Below, in pieces: positions 9,821 through 19,178 of a stretch of DNA of 64,000 nt. Within the stretch, counting starts at the first letter, position 1. Each line of letters starts with the position of its first letter. The notes below the pieces were generated by a model that ran no database searches, was not told the origin of the DNA, and worked only from the letters and a program-made list of their open reading frames with translations. The stretch lies in contig JALOQM010000001.1 in the NCBI GenBank assembly GCA_025453495.1, positions 90,732-154,731 on the forward strand, written 5' to 3'. The stretch comes from Minisyncoccota bacterium. Its GTDB lineage: Bacteria; Patescibacteriota; Minisyncoccia; Phycocordibacterales; UBA9973. The position numbers were made by a program, and so were the translations under genes.

Positions 9821-10231
9821 ATGGATTCTTGCCTATTTTGCAAAATTAGCAACGGAGAAATCCCGTCTACAAAAGTGTACGAAGACGATACCGTTTTGTC
9901 TTTTTTGGATATTCATCCAGTCAATATTGGTCACACACTAGTGATTCCCAAAAAACATTATCCAAATCTATATATGCTTCCGGATGATATCCTCAAAGAA
10001 ATGTCCCCAATGATCAAAAAAATTGCTATCGCTATCAAAGAAAGTCTCGGTTGTGACGGTATCAATATCGCTATGAACAATGACAGCGCTGCCGGTCAGG
10101 TTATTGACCATGCACATATTCACATTATTCCCCGCCACGAGGGCGATGGTTTCGCTCATTGGAAAGGAAAGAGAAAATATACTGAAGATGAAATAGCGCA
10201 AACCGCTATTGCTATAAAAAATCAGCTGTAA
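9821..10231 (+). CDS. HIT-family (histidine triad) nucleotide hydrolase
   Basis: DHAHIHIIPR histidine-triad motif. Confidence 0.85.
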   Translation: MDSCLFCKISNGEIPSTKVYEDDTVLSFLDIHPVNIGHTLVIPKKHYPNLYMLPDDILKEMSPMIKKIAIAIKESLGCDGINIAMNNDSAAGQVIDHAHIHIIPRHEGDGFAHWKGKRKYTEDEIAQTAIAIKNQL

Positions 10232-10250
10232 AAAAAATTATACTCTAGAT

Positions 10251-11024
10251 ATGAAAATAGTCTCTTGGAACACTAACGGCATACGCGCGACGTATAAACA
10301 AGGCTACTTCGAGCCAGTTTTTGCGAAGTTGAAACCAGATATCTTGTGCCTTCAAGAAACCAAGGCAGAACCCGAGCAGATGCCGGAAGAAGTCCGTAAT
10401 GTGAAGGGTTATTTCTCCTACTTTTCATACTCAAAAGTAAAAAAAGGCTACAGCGGCGTCGGCATCTACTCAAAGATTGAACCAAAAAAAGTCGAATATG
10501 GTATCGGTATTCCAAAATTTGACGACGAAGGACGTATTCTTATCGCACATTATGCTGACTTTGTGCTATTGAATGTGTATTTCCCAAACGGTGGCGGTGG
10601 ACCGGAGCGCCTCGCATATAAACTTGAGTTTTATGATGAATTCCTGAAGTTGATAAACAATCTTAAACGGAAAGATAAAAAAATTATTTTTTGTGGTGAT
10701 GTAAATACTGCTCATGAGGCAATTGATCTTGCTCGACCAAAGGAAAATGAAGAGAATACTGGATTCTTACCCGAAGAACGCGCGTGGCTCGATGAGGTGG
10801 TCGCCGCAGGCTATGTCGACGTATTCCGTCATTTCTATCCGACCAAAACCGGAGCCTATACCTACTGGGATATGAAGACGGCTGCGCGAGAGCGCAATGT
10901 CGGCTGGCGTATCGATTATTTTTTCACTTCTACAAATCTCTTACCTACGATAAAAGATATAAAAATCCACTCCAATATCTATGGGTCTGATCATTGTCCG
11001 ATTTCTCTGGAGATACAGCTCTAA
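10251..11024 (+). CDS. xth: Exodeoxyribonuclease III (AP endonuclease, Xth family)
   Basis: MKIVSWNTNGIRA start, QETK, GSDHCPISLE C-terminal motif. Confidence 0.9.
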   Translation: MKIVSWNTNGIRATYKQGYFEPVFAKLKPDILCLQETKAEPEQMPEEVRNVKGYFSYFSYSKVKKGYSGVGIYSKIEPKKVEYGIGIPKFDDEGRILIAHYADFVLLNVYFPNGGGGPERLAYKLEFYDEFLKLINNLKRKDKKIIFCGDVNTAHEAIDLARPKENEENTGFLPEERAWLDEVVAAGYVDVFRHFYPTKTGAYTYWDMKTAARERNVGWRIDYFFTSTNLLPTIKDIKIHSNIYGSDHCPISLEIQL

Positions 11025-11125
11025 AAAATTTATTGACTACAGAATATATTGTGTTATTATGTTTTCTACCTTGAAAAACAAGGTTAGTTCATTCAAAAAA
11101 ATGTCTCATTCTTAAAAAGAACACT

Positions 11126-11587
11126 ATGAATAACCAAGACTTATTTCAGATTGGTAGGCCGATTCTTACCAAGAAGCCTGATGGTACTGAATACCCTGAT
11201 CACTCAAACCACTATCCTGTAAAATTTGATACCGCTGTGACATGCGAAAGATTAAACGAATGTTTAGTAATATTGAGGGAAAAACACTACCTTGTTCCAG
11301 TTCCAGTAACTGAATTCAAAAACACAAGATATCCACGTGGCAAAAATTTTGTGCATCTTATTTTTGGCAATACAATGATTGGGACAGCAGACCCCATCGA
11401 GAATAATACTAGTATGCCTTTTTATATGGTTGCGGAAATCAAATGGAACGGAAAAATGAGCGAACCAAATAAGAATGGTTTACTCTTTAGAAGGACTGGG
11501 GTGCTCTGGAAAAGACACAAGATGCCAGTTCTGATGTTTATCAAACTTACAGATAGAGAAATTGAAGCTATGAATGATAATTCCTAG
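11126..11587 (+). CDS. Hypothetical protein (153 aa) with no recognisable motif, flanked by its own promoter region and two terminators
   Basis: Intact ORF with downstream hairpin terminators at 11651-11685 and about 11788-11808. Confidence 0.45.
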   Translation: MNNQDLFQIGRPILTKKPDGTEYPDHSNHYPVKFDTAVTCERLNECLVILREKHYLVPVPVTEFKNTRYPRGKNFVHLIFGNTMIGTADPIENNTSMPFYMVAEIKWNGKMSEPNKNGLLFRRTGVLWKRHKMPVLMFIKLTDREIEAMNDNS

Positions 11588-11650
11588 CCTAAAGTCGTGA
11601 GCATTACATAATCTGAAATATTGATTTAGCAATAAAAGTACTAACCACCA

Positions 11651-11685
11651 CAATCCCCGTCTGTTTTCATAGACGGGGATTTTTA
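11651..11685 (+). terminator. Rho-independent terminator
   Basis: aatccccgtctgttttcatagacggggattttt hairpin followed by a T-run. Confidence 0.6.
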
Positions 11686-11808
11686 AAATGAAAATATTCA
11701 ACGCTCTAGAATTGAGATAACAATTAATTGAAAGCAAAAAAAATCTGTAGAAGTTTTCAAAACCTAGTATATCTATCACAAAACACTCCCTTTATGGGGC
11801 GTTTTTTA

Positions 11809-13281
11809 TTACACGAAATGTTTTTTACGAATCGCGGCAAGTTCTGCTTCTTCAGCTTCTTCTTTTTTTTCTTTACCCTTATCACCAAGAGATCGTAGCT
11901 CGATATCAGATAATGCATCTAGTTCTCGTGCCCGCTCTACAAGGTACTCAGGAGTATTTTTACTATCATCCGTTAGACATTCTTCAAGCAAAGCGTGGAG
12001 CATCCACCCCATTCGTGGACCTGGTTGTATGCCGATTTCCATAAGTTTTGCCCCATCGATTTTGAGCATACCGACAGATGTTGGTGCGCGCAATGCTTCT
12101 TCAATCATGGCGTGATATTTGCGCAAACGATAGGGTGCCTCTTTTTTCTTCATACCCACACGATCGCACTCTCGAACCTCCATGAGATCCCAAATATTCT
12201 CACGCCCGACATTCACAATCGTTCTTCTGACAGCAGAAAGAGTAATTTGTTCTGTGTCTGAGAAAAACATGTGGTGTCTGACTAGTTTTTCTACTTTCTC
12301 CCCCGTTTCACGTGAAAATTTCAAACGCTCCATAATTTTTCGCACCATACGAGCACCGACAACTTCGTGACCGTAAAACGTATATTTTCCTCTCCCTCCA
12401 GCTTTTGATCCATCCCACCGCCTGGTTCGAGGCTTTCCAATATCGTGAAACAAGGCGGAAAGACAAATATCAAATGGCTTTTCTTTTTGAGCTGCATGGT
12501 CAAGTGCATGCAGCATATGCTCAAAAACATCATAAATATGCTCACCTTTCTGCTCAACACCAACCCCTTCTTCTAATTCTGGAATAAAGTACTTGAGAAG
12601 ACCGTACTTATGAAGCAACCGAATTCCCTTTGCTGGTTCACGTGAAACTACTATTTTGGTGAACTCGTCACGGATTCGCTCGATAGAAATAGCTTTAATC
12701 AAATGACTATTTTCGACAATAGCTCTTTCTGTGATTGGATCAATCTCAAAACCGAGCTGGACAGCAAATCTCACCGCTCGAAGCATACGAAGTGCGTCTT
12801 CTCTAAAACGCTCATTTGCATTCCCTACTGATCGGATAATTTTGTCTTTTATATCTTCTTGTCCTTTATATAAATCAATTATTTGTCCTTTAGAATCAAG
12901 TGCAAGTGCGTTTATTGTAAAATCTCGTCTTTTAAGGTCATCTTCTATATTTTGGCTAAAAATTATGCTGTCAGGGTGCCTATTATCACTGTATTTCCCT
13001 TCTATACGAAATGGTGTAACTTCTATTATTTTTGCTGTTTCATCACTTACTGTTTCATGAGTAACAGCAACTGTACCAAAAATGTTCTCATACACAGTTT
13101 TCGGAAAAAAAGAGATAATTTGCTCGGGAATCGCATTTGTTGTTATATCCCAATCCTTGGGTTTTCTATCCATAAGCAAATCACGGACACATCCGCCGAC
13201 CAAGTATGCCAAAAAACCCTCATTTTCGAGAGTTTTTGTTACTTGTGAAACTTCTACTGGAATGAAAAATTGATGTTTCAT
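11809..13281 (-). CDS. cca: CCA-adding tRNA nucleotidyltransferase (PolyA-pol head domain plus HD domain) with a K/E-rich C-terminal tail
   Basis: GGCVRDLLMDRKPKDWDITT nucleotidyltransferase motif, HDIGKPRT HD motif; start set at MKHQFF (13281) because the longer ORF (to 13416) would overlap tRNA-Arg. Confidence 0.8.
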   Translation of the reverse strand: MKHQFFIPVEVSQVTKTLENEGFLAYLVGGCVRDLLMDRKPKDWDITTNAIPEQIISFFPKTVYENIFGTVAVTHETVSDETAKIIEVTPFRIEGKYSDNRHPDSIIFSQNIEDDLKRRDFTINALALDSKGQIIDLYKGQEDIKDKIIRSVGNANERFREDALRMLRAVRFAVQLGFEIDPITERAIVENSHLIKAISIERIRDEFTKIVVSREPAKGIRLLHKYGLLKYFIPELEEGVGVEQKGEHIYDVFEHMLHALDHAAQKEKPFDICLSALFHDIGKPRTRRWDGSKAGGRGKYTFYGHEVVGARMVRKIMERLKFSRETGEKVEKLVRHHMFFSDTEQITLSAVRRTIVNVGRENIWDLMEVRECDRVGMKKKEAPYRLRKYHAMIEEALRAPTSVGMLKIDGAKLMEIGIQPGPRMGWMLHALLEECLTDDSKNTPEYLVERARELDALSDIELRSLGDKGKEKKEEAEEAELAAIRKKHFV

Positions 13282-13358
13282 GAATAACAAGGGCGAATCA
13301 TGATTTACAAAAACACACAGTACTAAAAAATCATTACTAGTACTGTTTTCTCTATATG

Positions 13359-13430
13359 CGCGCCCGGCAGGATTCGAACCCACAATAACGGTTCCGAAGA
13401 CCGTTGTGATATCCATTTCACTACGGGCGC
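13359..13430 (-). tRNA. tRNA-Arg (anticodon TCG)
   Basis: Cloverleaf folds by hand: acceptor gcgcccg/cgggcgc, T-loop GGTTCGAATCC, anticodon loop cttcgga. Confidence 0.75.
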
Positions 13431-13510
13431 ACTTTTATGATTATTACACAAAATTGTCGATAAATCTATTTGTATAGTTTTTTATACATGCTAGAATTCC
13501 AATGTTAATT

Positions 13511-13584
13511 GCGGGTATAGTTTAGTGGTAGAATGACTGCCTTCCAAGCAGTAGACGGGAGTTCGATTCTCCCTACCCGCACCA
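13511..13584 (+). tRNA. tRNA-Gly (anticodon TCC), CCA encoded
   Basis: gcgggta...tacccgcacca; anticodon stem actgc/gcagt with loop cttccaa; T-loop gagttcgattctc. Confidence 0.85.
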
Positions 13585-14116
13585 TAATAAATTCTATTGC
13601 CGATAGAAAAACTAGACATTTCCTACAGTGTTTTCAAGCACTCCATCCGATTTATATAAATTTACAAATTACATTTGCCATATAAAGTCGCACAAAAGAA
13701 GCAGAAGTAGGATAACTCAGACCAATTTTTATCAAAAATGCATAATTCATTACTGTCCTCGGAAAGATATAAATATTTACTGGTAAATACGTCATGCAGA
13801 CTTTTTTCATCTATAAAAGACAAAAAAGTGTCTAATTAAACTTGAGGCACTATAGAAATAAATCAATAAAACATATGCTGAAATTTCTTATAAAATTCAA
13901 TAAAAATTGTGGATAACTCTGTGCATAGTTTATAAAGGACATAAAAAATGCACTTTAACAAAACTTGAGTCCTTTTGTGTAGAATATGATAATACCCTTT
14001 ATTATCAATACTTTTATAGCAATTTATGATTAGAAAACATATTTATAAAATGATAAATAGTTACATAATAAGTTATTAACAGATTTAGTTTCACATGAAA
14101 CATATAAAAGTTATTC

Positions 14117-14515
14117 ATGAAACTTTTTACTTCAAAAAATCAAAAAATAGGTGAGTTAGGAGAGAATATAGCTTGTAGATTTCTTAAAAATAGAGGTTTT
14201 GAAATACTTGAAAGAAACTACACACGAAGATACGGTGAGATTGACATAGTTGCGAAATATAGCAAAATAATTCATTTTGTCGAAGTAAAGACTGTTTCAT
14301 GTGAAATTACTGATGCTACTTTACCTGAGACAGTAATTCGTCCGGAAGAAAACATGCATGAAAGGAAATTACATAGGTTTCAAAATACAGTCCATTCGTA
14401 TCTTGCAAATAATGAAATTAATGATGGGACACCCTGGCAAATAGACCTTGTTTGTGTCTATCTTGATCTTGATAGCAACAAAGCTAGGGTAAATATACTA
14501 GAAAACATATTATAA
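14117..14515 (+). CDS. yraN: YraN-family (UPF0102) predicted endonuclease
   Basis: N-terminal GE(L)GENIACRFL and GEIDIVA motifs typical of the YraN/PD-(D/E)xK family. Confidence 0.7.
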   Translation: MKLFTSKNQKIGELGENIACRFLKNRGFEILERNYTRRYGEIDIVAKYSKIIHFVEVKTVSCEITDATLPETVIRPEENMHERKLHRFQNTVHSYLANNEINDGTPWQIDLVCVYLDLDSNKARVNILENIL

Positions 14516-14647
14516 GTGTTTTTCTTTTTATAAAATTATGCTAGTATGTGAATCGTCTTTGTTTTTTGAAGTACAACCTACAGACAAGAAATAAGTTCAG
14601 AAGCTAGATTTTCAAAATATATTTACAAAAGGCGCAGAGAGTGATAT

Positions 14648-14720
14648 CGGGGTGTGGTGTAACGGCTAACATTCCTGTTTTGGGAACAGGCGACTCAGGG
14701 TTCGAATCCCTGCACCCCGA
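14648..14720 (+). tRNA. tRNA-Gln (anticodon TTG), tentative isotype
   Basis: cggggtg...caccccg acceptor, anticodon stem cctgt/acagg with loop tttggga, T-loop GGTTCGAATCC. Confidence 0.6.
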
Positions 14721-14735
14721 CCCGGTGAGTGTATT

Positions 14736-14806
14736 GCGGGTATGGTTTAGTGGTAGAATGCGTCCTTGCCAAGGACGAGACGGGAGTTCGATTCTCCCTA
14801 CCCGCA
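14736..14806 (+). tRNA. tRNA-Gly (anticodon GCC)
   Basis: Same acceptor as the 13511 Gly tRNA; anticodon stem cgtcc/ggacg with loop ttgccaa. Confidence 0.85.
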
Positions 14807-14812
14807 CAAAAA

Positions 14813-15646
14813 GTGAAAGAAAAAGATTTCGTTAGGGTTGTTTATCAATATTATAAAAAACATGGCCGAGATAGACTCCCGTGGCGCTTTCCTGCACTAA
14901 AAATTAATAAAAAAGGTGACATCGATCCATATGCCATACTTGTTTCTGAGGTAATGCTGCAGCAAACCCAGGTAGATAGAGTAATTCCGAAGTATCAGGC
15001 ATTCATGAAAAAATTTCCGACAGTTGAGAAATTAGCACAATCGAAACTCGATTCTGTGCTGACTCTATGGAGTGGCCTTGGGTACAATAGAAGAGCTAAG
15101 TTCTTGAAACGTGCGGCAGAGAAAATAGCCCATGAGTATAATGGAAAGTTTCCAAGAAATCGTGCTGCAATTGATGATTTACCAGGAGTAGGAGAGTATA
15201 CTGCCGGAGCCATATGTGCCTTTGCATTTAACCTTCCTGAACTATTTCTTGAAACAAATATTCGTTCGGTGTATATACATCATTTTTTCCCTGGACGAAA
15301 TGATGTTCATGACAAAGAACTCTTGCCATTACTCGAAAAGACGGTGGATAAAAAGAAGCCCCGCGAATGGTATGCCGCACTTATGGACTATGGTGCGCAT
15401 ATCAAATCTCAAACAATAAACCCAAATCGTCGGAGCACTAATCATAAAAGACAACCGAAATTCTCTGGTTCATTACGTGAGGTACGCGGAAAAATACTCA
15501 AATATATGGTCGAAAATGGCTTTTTAGCCACTACTATGGTGTCTTTTATAGAATCAGATGGCGAAAAAGCAAAAGAAGCGATTGAAGGGCTTTTATCAGA
15601 TGGACTTATAAGAGTTGCTGCAAAAGGTTTTCGTCTTTCTAGTTAA
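14813..15646 (+). CDS. HhH-GPD base-excision DNA glycosylase (MutY/Nth-like) without an obvious Fe-S cluster loop; probable GTG start just after tRNA-Gly
   Basis: LPWR...DPYAILVSEVMLQQTQV HhH-GPD N-terminus; no in-frame ATG after the tRNA, GTG at 14813. Confidence 0.65.
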   Translation: MKEKDFVRVVYQYYKKHGRDRLPWRFPALKINKKGDIDPYAILVSEVMLQQTQVDRVIPKYQAFMKKFPTVEKLAQSKLDSVLTLWSGLGYNRRAKFLKRAAEKIAHEYNGKFPRNRAAIDDLPGVGEYTAGAICAFAFNLPELFLETNIRSVYIHHFFPGRNDVHDKELLPLLEKTVDKKKPREWYAALMDYGAHIKSQTINPNRRSTNHKRQPKFSGSLREVRGKILKYMVENGFLATTMVSFIESDGEKAKEAIEGLLSDGLIRVAAKGFRLSS

Positions 15647-15745
15647 TCACAAAATTGAGCTGATTTTCCAGCACTATATTCCCATTGACAGAATTATCTG
15701 CTATTATAAAGATATTATTATTTTTAAATATTTATTTTTAATATT

Positions 15746-16030
15746 ATGGCAACGAAAATGACCAAGTCACAGATCATCAGCACGCTCGCTGACAAGTTTG
15801 GCAAGACAAAAAAGGAAGTGTCAGAAATGATCGACGCGCTCGTTACGATGGCATACCAGGAAACAAAGAAAAACGGTGAGTTCACTATTCCTGGTCTTGG
15901 TAAACTTCAGAAGAAGGCACGCGCAGCACGCATGGGTCGCAATCCTGCAACAGGTGAGCAGATCCAAATCCCAGCCCGCACAGTAGTAAAATTCCGCATC
16001 GCAAAGGCAGCAAAGGAAGCGATTCTCTAA
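15746..16030 (+). CDS. hup: HU/IHF-family nucleoid DNA-binding protein
   Basis: GEFTIPGLGKLQKKARAARMGRNPATGEQIQIPA signature arm. Confidence 0.9.
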   Translation: MATKMTKSQIISTLADKFGKTKKEVSEMIDALVTMAYQETKKNGEFTIPGLGKLQKKARAARMGRNPATGEQIQIPARTVVKFRIAKAAKEAIL

Positions 16031-16049
16031 TTCTCTCAAAGAATTGCTT

Positions 16050-16083
16050 ACAAAAAAACCCGCACCTGCGGGTTTTTTTGTAA
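16050..16083. terminator. Bidirectional rho-independent terminator between hup and rny
   Basis: aaaaaaacccgcacctgcgggtttttttg. Confidence 0.65.
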
Positions 16084-16084
16084 A

Positions 16085-17638
16085 CTATCTCGCGTATTCA
16101 ATAATACGAGTTTCACGAATCATGATAACTTTAATCTCACCAGGATACTTCAAATCACTCTCTATTTTGAGCGCTATCTCGCGTGCAAGATGTTTTGCTT
16201 CAATATCAGATACTTTTTCTGGTGTTGCAAAGACACGTACTTCACGCCCCGCGGAGAGTACATACGACTTCTCCACGCCAGAAAATCCATTAACAACTGC
16301 TTCAAGATCAGCAAGACGTTTGAGGTAATTTTCTACCGTATCGCGACGCGCACCTGGTCTGCCACCTGAGATTGCATCTGCAGTTTGGACAATAATGGAC
16401 TCAATTGTCTCATATGGATAATCTTCGTGATGCGATTTCATTGCAGTAATCACACGTGGATCAGCACCAAACTTCTGGAGGATACGCATACCGATTTCGA
16501 CATGAGTGCCCTGTACTTCGTGATCAAGAGCTTTACCAATATCGTGTACAAGTGCGCCCGCTTTTGCTATCTGCACATCAGCACTGAGCTCTTCTGCGAT
16601 CATGCCTGCAATATGCGCCATTTCTACTGAGTGCTGAAGGACATTTTGTCCATAACTCGTACGGAAGTGTAGACGACCTAAGATAGCGACAATACGTGGA
16701 TCAAAATTAAATATGCCGCATTCATAGACTGCTTGTTCACCTTTTTCTTTTATAATTTTGTTTATTTCTTCTTTTGCTTTTTCTACCATTTCTTCAATCT
16801 TCGCAGGCTGGATACGTCCATCGGCAATAAGGTTTTCAAGTGCAACGCGCGCCACTTGCCTGCGTACTGGATCAAAAGAGGAAATAACAATAGCCCCCGG
16901 TGTGTCATCAACAATAAGCTCAACACCAGCAGCTCTTTCAAATGCTCTGATATTTCGTCCTTCCTTGCCGATCACTTTGCCTTTGATCTCTTCTGAGGGA
17001 ATAGTGACATTTGTTGTCATGAGCTCAGCTGCGGTCGAAGAAGCAAGTCGCTGGATTGATGAGGCTAGAATATCTTTGGCTCGACGGTCTATTTTTTCAT
17101 CATTCGTTTGCTCAAGTTTTTGTGTACGAACAAGTAGATCCTCCTCATATTTTGCTTCCATTTGCTTGAAGAGTACTTCTTTTGCTTCAGTTTCAGAAAG
17201 TCGAGCAATCGATTCAAGTTCAGCAAATTTCTGCTTCTCAAGATTATCTGCTCGCTCTTTTATGAGCTTCACTTCCTCTGCTTTTTCTTTTATATGTTCT
17301 ACTTCCTTGTCTATTTCTGTCTGTCTTGCATCAAGTAATTCTTCTTTTTTGATAAGACGATCTTCTGTTTTTTTGTATTCTAATTCTTTATGTTTCTCTT
17401 CATCACGAAGCTCTGTCATCTTATCGTCTACCTTCTTTTTTGCATCATCGAGAATTCGCTGCGCTTCTTCTTTGGCGCCGATCAGCATCTGCTTGATCTC
17501 AAGCTCCATTGAGCCTCGCTTACCAAGCGAAATGATGAGACGCAGGTAATAGCCCAGCACCAAACCGGTGAGCAGGGCTCCTGCCGATATAAAAATTGTT
17601 AATAAATCCATGTTGGTGTCCGTCAAACGAACCAGCAA
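16085..17638 (-). CDS. rny: Ribonuclease Y
   Basis: N-terminal TM helix, long coiled-coil, KH domain (GKEGRNIRAFE), HD domain (HDIGK). Confidence 0.9.
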   Translation of the reverse strand: MLVRLTDTNMDLLTIFISAGALLTGLVLGYYLRLIISLGKRGSMELEIKQMLIGAKEEAQRILDDAKKKVDDKMTELRDEEKHKELEYKKTEDRLIKKEELLDARQTEIDKEVEHIKEKAEEVKLIKERADNLEKQKFAELESIARLSETEAKEVLFKQMEAKYEEDLLVRTQKLEQTNDEKIDRRAKDILASSIQRLASSTAAELMTTNVTIPSEEIKGKVIGKEGRNIRAFERAAGVELIVDDTPGAIVISSFDPVRRQVARVALENLIADGRIQPAKIEEMVEKAKEEINKIIKEKGEQAVYECGIFNFDPRIVAILGRLHFRTSYGQNVLQHSVEMAHIAGMIAEELSADVQIAKAGALVHDIGKALDHEVQGTHVEIGMRILQKFGADPRVITAMKSHHEDYPYETIESIIVQTADAISGGRPGARRDTVENYLKRLADLEAVVNGFSGVEKSYVLSAGREVRVFATPEKVSDIEAKHLAREIALKIESDLKYPGEIKVIMIRETRIIEYAR

Positions 17639-17836
17639 TCAGTGTACACACTCAACAAAAGCCAGATACTACTGTGCGAAATGTAGGGTAATTCGATTTT
17701 TTCTATTCGTTCATACTGATCTTGAAGGTTGCTAAAACGTCAAATTATTTTTTATAAGGTTGCATGCCCATAATAACAGAAATTTTTTCGATAGCTACTA
17801 CTACAAAAAACCGCCATTGTCGGCGGTTTTTTGTAG

Positions 17837-18436
17837 TTACTTTGTAGATGTGGATAACTTCGCTTTTTCAAGAACTCCGTCAATAATGCCATACTTTTTT
17901 GCCTCATCACTCGACATAAAGAAATCTCGCTCGACGTCCTTTTCGATCTGAGAGAGCTTTTGACCAGTATTTTTGGCAAGTAATTGATTGAGATCAGAAC
18001 GCATCTTAAGGATACGACGTGCCGAAATCTCAATATCGGTCGCTTGGCCTTCTGCACCACCATGTGGTTGATGGATCATGACTTCAGAGTTTGGTAGCGC
18101 ATACCGCTTACCCTTCGCACCACCGGCAAGCAGAAATGCACCCATTGATGCTGCCATACCGACGCAAATCGTAGAAACGTCAGGTTTTATAAACTGCATA
18201 GTATCATAAATGGCAAACCCAGAAGTAATTGACCCACCTGGGGAGTTGATATATAGATGAATATCTTTTTTCGGATCCTCATTTGCAAGGAAAAGGAGCT
18301 GAGCAATGACGATATTGGCGACATGGTCATCAATCGGACCACCAAGAAAGATGATTCGTTCTCGAAGTAGTCGCGAATAAATATCATAGGCGCGCTCACC
18401 GAATTGCGATTTTTCTATAACTGTTGGTATAAGCAT
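17837..18436 (-). CDS. clpP: ATP-dependent Clp protease proteolytic subunit
   Basis: [14 protein letters not shown] active-site Ser region, MIHQP His motif. Confidence 0.9.
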   Translation of the reverse strand: MLIPTVIEKSQFGERAYDIYSRLLRERIIFLGGPIDDHVANIVIAQLLFLANEDPKKDIHLYINSPGGSITSGFAIYDTMQFIKPDVSTICVGMAASMGAFLLAGGAKGKRYALPNSEVMIHQPHGGAEGQATDIEISARRILKMRSDLNQLLAKNTGQKLSQIEKDVERDFFMSSDEAKKYGIIDGVLEKAKLSTSTK

Positions 18437-18629
18437 GGGTTTATTTTATCTTATTTTTTAAGTGAAAACAGTATACAAGTGCTGATTTTGTCTGTCTAGT
18501 GATATATTGACAAAAATATTGTATATGCTATAATAAGCTCAGATTTAAATAAGCTCTTTGTATATAGAGTAACGGACTTATGCACCTGACGCATATTGAT
18601 GAACAACCTTAAATCAATCCAGACATACC

Positions 18630-19088
18630 ATGAAAACTACTCTCAAACTTTTCCTTTTTCTGATCCTCGCGATTGGAGCAACATCATGCTCATTGAACCA
18701 GAACAACAACGTGGCTGTTCCGATTCATACGACAATTTCTCCTGCTCTTGCAGGTCAAGTCTTTTTTATTGGAGACCCGGGTCATCCTGGAAACTACCCC
18801 GGCGCCTATTCACCCAACGGTCCAGGGATACTTGTTCCTGTAAGTTTTGATGGGTTTACAATAGCACCCATTACTAATTTTACATTCGGACCAGCTCTCC
18901 AGGGGTATACCACACACGAGAGCATAAAGACTGTTTACGACAATGCAGTCAATAACTATTTTCGGTTAAGCGGAGGGATTCGACCCATCGACGATGGGAT
19001 CAAAATTGTTATGAGAATAAATTTTGTACAAAATTCTCAAAACAATAATCAATTAAGTACTGCTATCGAATACTACTATACTCGGTAA
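18630..19088 (+). CDS. Secreted hypothetical protein (152 aa), possible lipoprotein
   Basis: Signal peptide with ...ILAIGATSC; downstream hairpin terminator aaaaacccctgtcaaacgacgggggttttc. Confidence 0.5.
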   Translation: MKTTLKLFLFLILAIGATSCSLNQNNNVAVPIHTTISPALAGQVFFIGDPGHPGNYPGAYSPNGPGILVPVSFDGFTIAPITNFTFGPALQGYTTHESIKTVYDNAVNNYFRLSGGIRPIDDGIKIVMRINFVQNSQNNNQLSTAIEYYYTR

Positions 19089-19178
19089 AAGGAAAAGAAA
19101 AACCCCTGTCAAACGACGGGGGTTTTCTTTTTATATTATTACTCACTCTGAGAAACAGAAGCAGATATTACAGCAAAT

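Noticed and set aside
13282-13416. N-terminal extension of the CCA-enzyme ORF to 13416
   Set aside because: It would overlap tRNA-Arg on the same strand. A conserved-looking start, MKHQFFIPVEV, lies at 13281 with the nucleotidyltransferase domain immediately after.
14604-14835. Two short ORFs (14604-14807 minus, 14641-14835 plus) and the 5' extension of ORF 14729-15646
   Set aside because: They overlap tRNA-Gln and tRNA-Gly(GCC) genes. The real glycosylase CDS starts with GTG at 14813 after the tRNA.
16758-17549. 263-aa plus-strand ORF (Ser-rich) inside rny
   Set aside because: It lies entirely antisense to the well-supported RNase Y gene. Its Ser/Arg-rich low-complexity translation is the expected mirror of a Lys/Glu-rich coiled-coil coding region, so it is a spurious ORF.
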